From Epiperipatus broadwayi (lineage: Eukaryota > Animalia > Onychophora), in the NCBI GenBank assembly GCA_028023455.1, contig JAQFVV010000009.1:13330001-13394000 (forward strand): a DNA stretch of 64,000 bases, in the 5' to 3' direction. Under the pieces are notes generated by a model. The model was given only the letters and a program-made list of their open reading frames with translations. It searched no databases and was not told the origin of the DNA. The translations under genes were made by a program, and so were the position numbers. Within the stretch, counting starts at the first letter, position 1; every line of letters begins with the position of its first letter. This document shows positions 1 to 12,859 of the stretch, one piece after another.

Positions 1-288
1 CAGGGAACAGTTATAATACATGCAATAGCTTACAAGAAAGCTGCTCTTGGCAAAACAGAACTTTATGACTGGTTTAATTGAAATGTCAAATTCACCACTT
101 CTCAAAAAAGAGTGAAGTCCAAGGTCAAGCCAATGCTGTCCTTTTTGGATGCAAATGGCGTTTGTTCACTCGGAATTCATTTATAACTATCAGATGTTTT
201 AATTACAACTTCTGAAATGTTTGTATGATGCAGTAAAATGAAATTGTCTCAATTTGTTGATATCTTATCATGATAATGCGCCAATACA
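1..288 (+). mobile_element. Decayed mariner (Tc1/mariner) transposase fragment, left part, interrupted by a hAT insertion
   Basis: Broken translation resembles mariner motifs: AYKKAALGKTELYDWF (HTH region), KSKVKPML..FLDANG..HSEF, and HDNAP immediately before the hAT TSD at 289. Confidence 0.8.
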
Positions 289-296
289 GTCTAGAG

Positions 297-2999
297 CAGT
301 GGTAATGAACCTTTTTATGTGTGCATGCCAAACAGTTATTAAATCAAAATATAAACAAGTTAATTATTGCAGTTTTTTATGGGTTTATAAAACAAAATAA
401 TAATAATTAAACAAAATTTCTAAATAAACTAAATGCAAGTGAACGACAACGTTTATTTAGAAAAGTGCAAATTGAATAAAAGGTAATAGTAAAAAATTAA
501 TAGTAATTAAAACAAAATTTTGGAAATAGCCATTATAAAATCAAAATAAATAGATATTATTTAATGAGATTTTTGTTGTACATTGGATGCCAAATGTTTT
601 ATATCTGGTTCATATTTTGTCACTTTTAATAATGTACATGCTGAACTAGATTCATCTGTCGTTCTCTTTCTGGAACTGTCTTTAATTAAATTCATTTCTG
701 AAAACAATGATTCACATGCATATGTAGGGGACAAAATTGATAATATAGTGGTCGCTAATTTTTTTAAACAATTAAATGTTTTAAAAGTAGCATATCTCTT
801 CAGCATTCTTTTTACATATGTTCAATAATCAATCATTTTCCATTATTTCTAACTCATTCCTCAAATCAACAAATTTTTGTTTCTATATAGAACTGGATTA
901 AAAATCGACTGATTGCATTTTCATATCTTCTAAATTAAGCCACTCAAAATTTTCTAACTTGAGATTATCCATTGATATTATGTCTGGGTATAAAATAAAT
1001 TTTGATGTTTCTGAAAATTGTCTGAACTGTGTAAATCTTAAAGAAAATTCATCAATTATCAATCGAATAACAGAACAAAAGTCATGCATTAATTTTACTT
1101 GATCTGGCTTCTCATAAGATTCTAAATCATTCAAGAATTTTTTTTAGATTTGGAAAATATCTGAAAGTGTAAGAAATAACATCATGGTTGAAATTTTGTA
1201 ATTTAACTTCAAATGCTGTGATCAAATCAAACATGACAACAATTGTCTTATTATAATCTTGCAGTTTCACATTTAATTCATTTAGATGTAAACACATATC
1301 AGTAAAAAACAGTAATTTTGAAAGCCATTCAACATCCATTAATTCATTATATTTTTCAATGATTTTCTCATTACATAAAAACAGTCTAATTTCATCTAAA
1401 CACTCAATGAATCTTTGAAGAACTTTTCCTCAATTTAACTATTGAACATTGTTGTAGACACATAAACCACTGTATACTTGAGTTTACCTTACTCAACGTG
1501 TAGATATAAAATTGACTAATTTAATCACAATGTTCATAACATCATCCAGTGCTTAAAGCTGGCCTTCATGCATAAAATCTACTGATGTATAATGTAATGA
1601 AACCCAAAATTGAATGTCCAATATTGTTGGTAAATAAACTGAGAAAACTATTTTCTTTTCTAGTCGTAAGCACCATCTGTAGCTATTGATACAATTTTGG
1701 CAACATCTATTTCTTTTTCAGCAAGTACATTTGAAACTTTGTCGCAAATATCTATTTCTTTTGTTGTTGTTAGTAATGAGGTTAAACTGATCAATACTTC
1801 TTTGATATTATTCCCAACATAATAGTGAATAAAAGTAGCCAAACAAGCTGATCGATTTATGTCTGTACTTTCATCAAGGCAGAGAGAAATTAAACTAGGA
1901 GATTTTATGACTCTTTTTTGATGATAAGTTATGCTGTTAGTCATTTGCAGCATTTTTTTAATTGTATTTCTAGCCAATGATAAATCTTTTATGCTCTGAA
2001 CAATTTTTGCTTTGTTTTCAAAATCTTCAAAAAGAACTGGTGTACAATTTATTCAAGCTTCTTTCATATATTCTCCATCATTAAAAGGTTCCCCGTATTT
2101 GACAATTACATTTAAAATAAAAAAAAACTACCAGAAGTTATATTTGAATGATTTTCGATAAATTTCATTATAGATGTTGATTGAATATTTATATTTTTAA
2201 ATGCTTGGGCAATATATTCTTTTTGTTCATCTTTACTTTTTTCACAGAACAATTTATGATTGGGTCTCATAATGCCATTATACTGCTGATGTTCTCAATA
2301 CAACTGTTCCGGAACATAAAACACATACTGCCCTGGTGACTTCATTAATGATTCTATACTCATTCGTCCACCAATTTTGAAATTCTCTACTGCTTGATAA
2401 TTTTTGTTTTTCATTTTCACTAGTCATATTAATGTAATGGTAACAAATGTATTTAAAAGTAAATTTAAATGAGCTTTAATAATTTTATAAATCAAAGATT
2501 TATTATATGTTAAAATATATTATTATCCTTACATTTCACTTTTGCAGCAAAACTTGTTTGCGATTTTGATTACATGAAAAAAATGAATGTTGTCAACACA
2601 TTTACATGAAAAAAGATTAGGACAAAAAATCAACTGATTACTTTTACTTTAGATTTGAAAAAAAATTACTTGAAAGAGTTACCAAATATTTTACCGAGTT
2701 TACTTTATAGTTTTCTTGGAATCTCTTGACAGGTTTATAGAATATGATACCACTGTATACCAGTATCACTTTATTTGACTTAAAATATAATTTTTGCTTC
2801 TAATCAGAGTTCAATTGTAAATGAATTCTAATATAATATTATATTTATTTATTTATTTTACCTTTAGTTTACAGTAAATTTTTATTAGTACAGATTTTAG
2901 CAACAATAAAAAAATTGAAAAAGTATATGTAAATAGTTTGTGTGCTGGTAAAAAATTTGAACATGCCATCTCTGGCACGCTATAGGTTTACCATCACTG
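297..2999 (-). mobile_element. Full-length defective hAT DNA transposon, Buster/SPIN-like
   Basis: Imperfect 16-bp TIRs CAGTGGTAATGAACCT / rc CAGTGATGGTAAACCT (12/16 identical, all differences transitions). Exact 8-bp TSD GTCTAGAG at 289-296 and 3000-3007, matching the NNNTANNN Buster pattern. Internal transposase on the minus strand. Confidence 0.95.
561..2427 (-). pseudogene. Frameshifted hAT (Buster/GTF2IRD2-like) transposase
   Basis: ORF-track fragments carry SLCLDESTD, IATDGA, WLSKLLFFTDMCLHLNELNVKLQ, and STYACESLFSEMNLIK (hAT C-terminal dimerisation motif). An N-terminal zinc-finger-like segment starts near an ATG at 2427. Confidence 0.9.
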
Positions 3000-3007
3000 G
3001 TCTAGAG

Positions 3008-3348
3008 TAGGCTACAATTTTTAATTAATTTTGCATGACTCCGCTTATTCATCAGCCATGTTCACTTAATCTGTGCTTTTCTTTTTATTCCCTCAAATGA
3101 AAAAAATGGTCCAAAAATTTTTTTTGTGTGTGCAGACTTAGAAGTAGTGAAGAAAAATATGGCACAGGTGTTAAACGACATCTCTTTGCAGGAGTTTCCA
3201 GATTACTTTGAAAAGTGAAAAACATGTTTAGACCAGTGCATTGCATTAAATGTACTATATACTTTGAAGGGGGTTCAATTTGTAACACCTAAAAATAAAT
3301 ACAAAGTTATTATTAAAAAATTCCAATTATTTTTGGTATACCTACGTG
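3008..3348 (+). mobile_element. Decayed mariner, right part with 3' end
   Basis: Continues the 1-288 fragment across the TSD: degenerate PYSPDLAPCDFFLFP-like segment, then FEKWK..LDQCI...YFEG and a terminal TTTTTGGTATACCTACGTG resembling a mariner 3' TIR. Confidence 0.8.
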
Positions 3349-3810
3349 CAAATGTATTAATAAATCCAGTGAATTTGCAAGCAAGGGAATGAATTAAAAC
3401 CCAGATATAAACATTGTCATCTAATTTCCATGAGTTCCTTCTTACTTTAATGACCTTGATTTATACATATTTATTAGGGCCATGCCTTTTTGCCTCTTTC
3501 ATTTGCTACTGGGAAGGCATTCAGACTATTTTGGTCAATGATCTGATAAGGACTATCATATAAGTCTTCAAGATATTTTTCTCCAGTTGGCTAGTAGGTT
3601 TACAGATCCATACCATATCTTTAATTATGAAATGCTGGATTCTTTGGTCTAATTTCTGAACTTGGATGTGACATTTCTTGTTGGTCTGTTATACTATTGA
3701 TGTGCTAAGATATACTAGGCAGTTTATTTTTATATAACCTTACTGCTGGATGACTAAAATGCAATCTGATAAGATGCAAATCCAATGGACTCATTGGTAG
3801 TCCAATTGAT

Positions 3811-3995
3811 ATAGTTAATAATCTGAGGAAGCTGTTTTACCCTTCTTCTATGGTTAGAAGATATGTATACCTGAAATAACCGATCTAGTTCTCTCATAAC
3901 CCATAGTTAATGATCTGAAGAAGCTGTTTTACCCATCTTCTATGGTTAGAAGATACGTACATCTGAAATAACTGATTTAGTTCTCTCATAACCCA
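3811..3995. repeat. 92-bp tandem duplication inside the Gypsy integrase remnant
   Basis: ATAGTTAATRATCTGARGAAGCTGTTTTACCC...CTCTCATAACCCA occurs at 3811 and 3903. Confidence 0.9.
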
Positions 3996-6900
3996 TTCAC
4001 ATGGGTTGGATTGAGGCTTACATATTGATGCTGAGATATGGCTGATTCCCATTCTCATCACTCACCATCACCATTTGGTGGATACAAATGGGATAGCATG
4101 ATCAGACAAAAATAGCAGTGCATATTGCTACCATAGAAAAGTGCTGTGACTATTCTGAGCATTGGCCTGAGATATAGGATATACTGCCACAAACTTAGTA
4201 AACACATCCTATATGATCAATAAACACTTCATCCTTCGAAAGGAAGGCAAAGGTCGTAAAAGTCAATGGATAACAATTCGTTGGGTTTCTGAGAAATAAT
4301 GGGGTTTAAGGACCCTTTGTAAGACTTGGTTATGAATGTTGTCCTTTGACAAATCTCATGCCCATTTAATAGACACTACATTAGACCCCAATCTTGGCCA
4401 GTGAAACCAGGTTTTCAAGAGATTTTCGATTATTTACCCTATAATGTTCATATAGACAGTGGGTATACATAACTGACCAATTCTGCAGATTCCTTAGGCA
4501 TAACCATTCTCCAACTATTCCCATTTATCTCATTTAGACATTATAGTACTCCTTTCAACTGATATCATCCTTGAAGATTTCTAACTTGATGCGTAATGAA
4601 ATGTAATGATTTTCTTCCATTACATTTCATTACGCTTCTACCTCTCCAGATAACCAATAATTTTCTTAATACTGACAATCTTCAATTTTGTTTATCATAA
4701 CAGATGATGTAAATCTTTCTAGCCCAGTGGTACCCAGGTGTACATCTTCCATCTATAGGTGACTTGAAATAGCTGAACCCGAATTATGACTCAATATGCC
4801 AAACATAACATTTTCTGATCCTAACTTTTGCAAGAACAGGCTCAAATGGATCTGTCAGCTATTAGTTAAATAGCTGTGCTTGAGGAACTCCAAACTTTTG
4901 TGCAGTCCATAATAATGATCACTTCAGATCCTGGGAGAAACTGTAGAAATCTCTGGAATGTCAACACTATGGCCAGCTCTTTCTCTGTGACTGGGTAATT
5001 AATTTCCAGGCCTTTCAATGCCCTGCTAAGGACTGCTAGCCTCCAGAATTTTTAATAAGGTAACTAGCTACCACTCAATATCCTTTGCTGTCTTTTCATA
5101 CAATATATTTTTTTAAAAGGTATGCCAACATCACTTATTAGAGAAATTGTTCCTTAAAATATTCAAAATTATCCTACTCTGCTGTCCACTTCCAGGGTGT
5201 ATCCTTTCACAATAATTGTAACAGAAGCTCCACATGCATTGCAAAATTTTCTAGAATTATAGAAATTACACAATCCTAAATATGCTGTTTTTTCATTCAG
5301 GGTGTGAAAAAAATTCTTTATTGCTTGAATTTTCTAGGGATGACATTTAATACTCCTGCTGTTGATCAGGTGTCCTGGGAAGTTCACAATAACCATATGG
5401 CTTTTCTGCATATTAATTCAGATATATTTAGTTTCACATTCTTGGAAAAATATTTATAAATGGTGATTATTGCTTAAGATTCAATGATTACATCATCCAT
5501 ATAGACAGGGATTAAGTTCTTAATATCAGATGATAACACTTGGTCAGGTTCAAGAGCCATGCACCATTATTTTTTTTAACTTAACAGGCATTCTATTAAA
5601 CTGGTATATGAAATCATGTTGTATCAGAAAGCCATGAATTGATGGTCAGCAGGATATAATTTTATCTGCCAATAACTAACAGTTAAATGCAATGTGGTAA
5701 AAATGGTTTTTCTCTTTTAAATTAGGTTAGCAAATCATTATAGGTGGAGGAATATTTTGGTCTGGCAAGGTAATTAGATTCAATTGTCTAGTGTCTAAAC
5801 AAAACATAATTGAAATCATCCTTTTTTTATGATCAGAAAATTTTTATATGGTGACAAAAAGATATTATTCCCCACTTCGACATTTGAAGTAGCTGCTTCT
5901 CTACATCCTCTCTATACTGATGTGACATTGGATATGATTGTGCCTACTATGATAGGCTATCTACAATCCTAATCCCATGCCCATATTCGTTTATAATCCT
6001 AGGTATGTTGGGAAAAAAGATTTATACACACAAAAAAGGTCTTCTAGACTATTTTGCCATTTCCTTATTTTACATGCAGATTCTCTAAGTTTGTAAGCCA
6101 CCTCCCACCATTCTGCATTATGTTGCATGTAACATACCTCAAGATCCCGCACAAATCTTGAAGCCAGAAAGTTACAACCTCCCCTTTACAAGGAACCTTA
6201 GAAGTTTTGTAATCCATTATGCGTCCCATCTTGTGCATAAAATCAAAACCTAATATCACAATGTATTAATCCTTTTTTCTATATCTTTTTTTCATTCTTA
6301 TTCATACCCAGACATGCTTGGCACCTAATTCACAGGTACAGTTCCAATATTAGGACCTTGGTTGACCATACATTCATATATCTAACATACTGATTTCTCA
6401 CTGCTTGAATCAAATAATGCACATACTTTCATGTGGTTCAGTTATATTGTGATCATGGGACATTTCTGCAATGAGAAATTTGTTGTCTCTCCATCCCATT
6501 CACTATTTACCATTTTTGTCATGGCCAGCTTCTTATCTCATTTCTCTGCTCCCCCTCAGGCCTTGGATTGGCTACAGTTTGCCTCCCTACTGATGATAAT
6601 AATGGCTGGTTTTTTCTCTTTTTTATTCTTTCTATGCTGCCTGCTGCTTTTCTTTGCTTTTTTATGCTGTGAGTAATACTGATACTATCCATCTTTTTTG
6701 TTCCCCTTTAAGGCAATCTCATTGACTCTTTTTACTATAGTCTCTCTGAAGGCCTTTTTAATTTTTACATTTTCATTATTTCTTTTTTTTTTTTCCATTT
6801 CTTCAAGATTGCTCATTATCAGCTTTGAACATTCCAAGGCTTACTGTCATATTATCATCTTTCGTATCTTGTCTCTTAATTATTTTTCCACGTCTCAATT

Positions 6901-7335
6901 TCATATACCTCTATATTATATATATTATAACTAATATATATACATATGTCTAATGATTTATTTTCCAAATAAAAGTCAAAACAATTTTCTTTTTTAAATT
7001 TCTATAAATTAATGCTCTGTATTATTTTTTGTAAATTAATATTTAATAAATATGGAGTTTTTATTTATTATTAATTCTCTCTAATACTTCATCATTATGC
7101 TCACCGATCTCTCCTCCCTCTACTGCCTTTTTGCTTTTCGATCGCTTGATTGTGCCATTGTTTGCCTTCAACCCCCTCTAAAACACATCCATTGTATAAA
7201 CACTCTTAAACCTGACATATAAAAAATTGTATCTGCTTGCTCGTCTTTTTTCTTAAAAATAATAACCTCAACTTTTCTCAGCTTAAGTATTTTTCTTTTG
7301 TAGCCTCACTTTGGGACACTATTGTACTGGGTGAA

Positions 7336-7354
7336 AGCCCTATGTTGGGTGCCA
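7336..7354 (-). other. Primer-binding site complementary to the tRNA-Lys(CUU) 3' end
   Basis: Minus strand TGGCACCCAACATAGGGCT versus the canonical TGGCGCCCAACGTGGGGCT (16/19). It lies upstream of the Gypsy coding remnants. Confidence 0.8.
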
Positions 7355-8399
7355 TTATATAGGCTCATTGCTTTTTCATCTATTATTTTATTATATTTAT
7401 ATAAAATCATAGTTACTAAAGAAGTTTTAAACTATTTAACCTATAAATATATATAAGTTTAAAGTTTGTGATACGACAAAATCACTCCTTTCTAATTTAA
7501 TAAACAAATATTAGGAAAAATGCGATTACATTTTCTTGTCAATTTAAAATTCCCAATGCTAATAAAAGAAGTTTATTGGTATTAGCAATACTTATTTGAT
7601 AAACTCCTGGTGGCTTTTATTTCTTTTTATAGCTGCCAGTGACAGTGATGGTTTACTAAACACACTGTCTTCAGTTTATTATTCACCTTATGGAGATTGC
7701 TGCTTTTAAATTTGTAAAAAAAAAAAATTTTTTTAATCAATAAATATCAAAATGATAAAAGCATAAACTAATCATTACTTCCACCTTAAAATTATATTAA
7801 CATATATATATAATACCCACTGCTTGATTAATATAACTTAATACTAGGTTAATAAATATATTTAATTAACAAAGAAACATACAGAAAGTTTATCTAGTTT
7901 ATACATAAATTTTACTAATTAGTAATATGCATCTACTTTAAATTAATATAAAAATTCTCTAAAAGTTCTTATCCAATTTGAAGCATTCAATAATAAATCT
8001 ATAGTAATTAATTAATAATTAAAGGAAATAACAGTTCACATTCCTCTTACCATGACATTGTTCTTTTCTTCCTTGAAATAAAATATGATTTAGACATTTA
8101 CCATGACTATGGATTTGCATATTTCAATATTTGTTCCATGTGATCCAAGGTATTTTTCATTAAGGTGGATGTGTAGATCTATGGTGGGATATATGCATGA
8201 TGACAAACATTAAGGCAGCAGGATCAGGTGACACCAGGGAATGCATTGGAAATCTAGCCACATATTTGAGTGTATACTGCAGTGAAAGTTTCCACTTGGT
8301 TGCATATCTTGTCAAACTTCCATTATTTATCACACTACTGAACTTACTTACAATTAGTTACAACAATTAAAAAACATCTTTAAAGTTCTTGTGGTCATT

Positions 8400-11140
8400 T
8401 TCTATATCCCCCTCTTATCTCCTGTGCATGTCCCATCTCATTTTTCTCTTTTCCATGACTTCACTTCCCACACCTGATTATTTGCAATTAGTCCTTAAAC
8501 TTGTTTATAAAGTTTATCTATTTATTGATTTTCCATTCTAAATTCAGTATCCATTTCCAGCTAAATAAGAACAGTTCTCCATAACAGCATGAATTGTGCA
8601 TTTTACAAAAGAAAAATACAAAATTAGGTTTTAAAAACAATTTATATATTTTTTCTTATATCTTTTTTTTTTCTTTTATAATATTAAGATTATATTCCTA
8701 AGAAGTATTTGTATTGTTTATAGACATTCAATGACCATCTTTAATTAGATCGATTTTAACCTCTACATTCTATAATTAAAATAATTAGATCAAATGTCTA
8801 TTTTAATTACATAAGTTCATTTTCTTATCTTACTTTCTGTGTAGTCTCATATAATTAGTCACTAAAATACAGCTATTATGAAATTATTCTTTTTTTAAGC
8901 AATCTCCCTATTAAACTTTAATACACATTGTACCATAAATGGTACAGTATATTAAATTTTAGTGTGATCATGTATTCTAATCATTACTGCTGCATTTTGA
9001 TAAATAATCTTTAGAATATGATAGTATTTTGGTTCTATATCTCAATAATTCAAAGCTTTAATGGCAACTCATTTCCATAGGTCCTTTTTATAACTTTTCT
9101 CAATACTTATATGTGATCCACTGTTTAAAACCACAGCTGGGTACAACTAACCAAACACTACCACCACTTTTAATTCCAGCTTTCTACTTTTGATTTATTT
9201 AAGTTCAAACTTTGCTGTAGATCAGTGGTCTTCAACCTTTTCACATCTGCGGACCAGTAAAAATAAGGATAAGGTTCCGCGGACCAGCAAAGATAAGGAT
9301 AAGATTTCGCAGACTGGCAGAAGTCTATAGATAAATTTTCTTAAAGATAAGCATAATTGTTATAGCTGATCAAAACAACAATGTTAAATATATAAGATAA
9401 AGTTTTATATATATATATATGGAGTTTCTATAATAAAAAACTTTTTTTTTAATTTTTTTAGAAAAGTTATAAAAATTTTAATTCTATCCCCCCCCCCCCA
9501 TAAACATCTGTGATAACTAGAAAAACAAATTAATTTATGAATGATTGATTAGATTTTGTTTTTGTTCTGTTTTCTTTTTTTTTTTAATTGGGTAAAAATG
9601 AGATGAAAAAATAAATAAAAATTAGCTTAATAATTAAAAGTTTAAACTCTTATTATTACAAACTTTTTACTGCCCGTCTAGCATGCGGACCTGCAGAAAA
9701 GTTCTGCAGCCCGGTGCCGGGCCGCAGACCAAGGGTTGAAGAACACTGCTGTAGATGATTTGTAATTAACTTGGTAAAGATTTGTATAAAATTGTCTAAA
9801 GATGGATAGATCTGTAATTTCTAATAACTTTTCTATCACTTTTTTTAAATATCAATGTTACTTAAGCATTCTTCCAATTATCTGATACATTTTGATTATT
9901 TAGATATTTGATATATAAGTTTTGCTAACAATTTTTCTATTTCTTCATCTGCTTCTTTTAAGGTATCAATAGGAATTTCATCATTTCCAGAAGCTTTTTA
10001 GCTCATCATAAATTGAATTATATATCTGACCCTTTCATTTAAAATGCTCAGGAACAATATTGTAATAATTATTTATTGATTACCTTATTTTCTAGTTTTT
10101 TTAATTTATTAATATATAGTTCTTTATAAAACTTTTACACAGTTCATTATGACATCATCTTTTTTTGTAATGGTTAATTTCTTTTTATTGCTGAAATAAT
10201 TTTCCTTTCAATACTAAGATGTTGTTTATACTTTTGAAAGTTTTATTTCTTTTCTTTAGTTTTCCTTTCAAATTCACAGTTATGTTTTCTTATGTTTTTT
10301 TTTTCTTATCATTTTACAGAACATCAGCTATTCTTCTTAATGAATCTCTTTTAAATATTGCATATTCTTTTTTTTTTCCAGCAATATCTTGTCTCAGTTT
10401 TTTTCAGACAATGTATTGTCTTGTTAAAAATTAGTAAACTACTATTGGCTGTTTTTCTTGCTGTTAATAGATTATCAGTTATTATTACTTTATTTCATTT
10501 AAATCAGATATAGCTTCAAAGTCTGTCAATATTTAAAGTAATTAGCTAGTTCTAATTTAAATTCATAGCATTTGTTAATGCTATCATTTTTAATAACTTT
10601 GGTCTCTTTACTTTTGCATTATCACTTATACATCTCACTAATTGATGATCACTTCCTGTGTTAAATCTATGAACAATATTATAATCTTGAAATATATATT
10701 TTGTATTAGACGAAATATAATACAATTCTGCTGTATCTTCATTTAGATGTTTCCATGTCTATTTCTATTTAGCATTTTTTTAAAAGAAAAAATTTATAAT
10801 ATATAATTTTTCTTTTTCTGCAAATTTCATAATTTTGTGTCATCTCTAATTATGTCCAAATTTACACACAACATTTTCATCTTCCAGTCTCTGTCCAATT
10901 CTAGCATTATAGTCTCTTGACAGTTTTAAAATGTAGTTTGTATAACTATTTAAAAATCTTCTATTTCTGCATCACAATGATCTGCATTTATCTTCCATTA
11001 AATTAAATAACTAATTTTGCATTCTCTTTGATATATCATCAATCTTTACGAGATGTTTTTCAACTTTTTATTTATAATGAATCCTACACCACTTTTTCTT
11101 CCAAATATTTGTTACTTTCACTTGCATATTGAAGCATTAT
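8400..11140 (-). mobile_element. Old RTE-clade LINE remnant (APE endonuclease and RT), interrupted by a hAT MITE
   Basis: Visible similarity to the 38.3-41.0 kb RTE: GSDH-region sequence (ATCACTTCCTGTGTTAAAT at about 10650), the LIFKKGD..NYR region (about 9800-9880), and the QAGF..STVDH region (about 9120). Confidence 0.75.
9223..9748. mobile_element. 526-bp non-autonomous hAT MITE (Buster/Charlie-type)
   Basis: TIRs CAGTGGTCTTCAACC / rc CAGTGTTCTTCAACC. Exact 8-bp TSD CTGTAGAT at 9215-9222 and 9749-9756 (NNNTANNN). Repeated subterminal GCGGACC/GCAGAC motifs at both ends. Confidence 0.95.
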
Positions 11141-12859
11141 ATGATGCACGCACACATCTTTATGTAAAAACAATTTAAATCAATCGATACATTAAATTAA
11201 CGAAAGCTAAATTTGCGCATATATATACATTTCAACTAAAAGTAACTCAAATTACACTCTATTCACAACTTATAACAAAAAAAAATATTCAATGTTTGTG
11301 AAGTTAAATTTTTAAAAAATAAATCTAGAAGAAGGGGATGGAAATTTATAAGGAAAAAAAATCTTAAAAAGGGGGTGTTGACTCAAAGAAAATTCTCATT
11401 TTAAGTAAAAAAAAAAAAGTTACTTAAGGATAGTAAGAAAAAAATTAAAAATAAAATCCATTAACTTTTTTTTAAAAAAAAAAGAAAAGAAAAGAAGCAC
11501 ATTTAAAATGAAAATAGGGAGGGATTTTACTTAACTACATTTTAAATTGGAAATTCTTTTTACAAAAGATTTCCAGCATTCTATTCCTAAAATAATAATA
11601 AATATGGGAAACTTATCTTCGAGTTTCCTCATTAGTTTGTTAACATTTTAAATTACAAAAAATAAAAAGTAATTTAAATTTAATTATTCCCGAGGTAAAC
11701 ATTCCTTTAAAATTAAAAAAAAAAAAAAAGAGTATAATTCTTTTTTTTTATTTTCCTGAAATGATAATGTTTTGCTATAATTTGTAATGCTATAAAGGGC
11801 TAACAATCAACAAGAGAGGAAAACAGATTTGATCATCCGAGCATTGGCTACAGATTATTTCAGATTGGAAGAACGCAAAAGGGCTTTTGCAACTATCAGA
11901 GAAAATAAAAAGATCTAGAGTTTAGAAGAAAAAAAACTAATCCATTAATTTTAATACAAATAAAATTAATACTACATTGTTCAACAATAACAAAGAATAA
12001 ACACAAATATTTATAAATAATCATTATTAGAAACAAAGCTATAAACAGTCGAGTTAAAGCTTTTTGTTGTTGTTTTAAAAAAAAAGCAAATGTCATTTTG
12101 CAGTCTGAATCGCCAATGCTCACAGTAATAAATTTATAAATGACGAACAAAACCAGTTTGACAGCTTCTTTGAGGGGGAGTCCAACCATGCTCACCGAAT
12201 CTATAACCATGCAAATTCTACTAACTTATTCTCTTTCATAATCATTAGTTTTCCCAGATAAACTAGATTTGTAAAAAAAAAAAAGATATAAAGAAAAGGA
12301 CAATTTAGACTAAATATTCCCAGCGCACAAGGCAACTTGAATCTTTTCCAAATGAACTTTGACTTGACAATACATTAGTTATTTTTAAAAAGTTTTACGA
12401 ATAAATTTTTAGGTGAATTAAACAATGCTTTGATAATCAATCTTCCTAATTTCAATTTGGCAACATTTTACTTTTTTGATTAGTCAAAATTATAACTAAA
12501 AATTTGTAGTGGAATAAAATATTATACAGTAGAGATTTTAAGGTTATTAGGATTGAATAAATACATAACCCATACTCTTAAATGTATAGGCATTTGCAAA
12601 TAAAAATACAGTAGAATTTTATTTAGAAGATAATAAACCTATCTTACTAGTGTTGTGCATAGTATTAAAACAGCAATTTTAAATATTCTCGTTCCAGCCA
12701 CAAGATAATACGCCTGCCGTCTTAAAGGTCTTGAAATGAGAACATGAATATATTAGATAATTTACTTTACATCCATTTCTTTTGAGAATCTTATTAACAC
12801 TTATGAAATATTATAATTTACTTAAAGCTAATACTAGATGCTAAACTGTAATAATCAAT

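Larger units (their letters stand above)
3440..7354 (-). mobile_element. Decayed Ty3/Gypsy LTR retrotransposon internal region (PBS, gag?, PR, RT, RH, INT)
   Basis: Minus-strand motifs in Gypsy order: protease-like ILGFDF..MG.IMD (6259-6200); RT YQFNRMP and VYMDDVII (about 5620-5480); RNase H-like segment (about 4900-4700); integrase ELLSIDF, VFTKFVAVYP, PQSNPCEWVMREL (4300-3960); GPY/F-like DLYDSPYQII (about 3560). Many stops and frameshifts. No LTR pair identified. Confidence 0.85.

Noticed and set aside
3600-3725. Minus-strand YIKINCL...QT..., resembling GIY-YIG
   Set aside because: The frame continues into FIIKDMVWICKP and the GPY/F-like module, so it is the Gypsy integrase C-terminus.
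3820-3975. Plus-strand CTGA(A/G)GA...GAAA in the 92-bp tandem, resembling a hammerhead
   Set aside because: There is no stem III or NUH triplet and no proper stem I. The segment is the antisense of integrase coding sequence (CEWVMRELNQLF..YVSSNHRRW).
11896-12210. ORF with SMVGLPLKEAVKL, superficially PDZ-like
   Set aside because: The match is too short, there is no convincing acceptor upstream, and the rest of the ORF is low-complexity.
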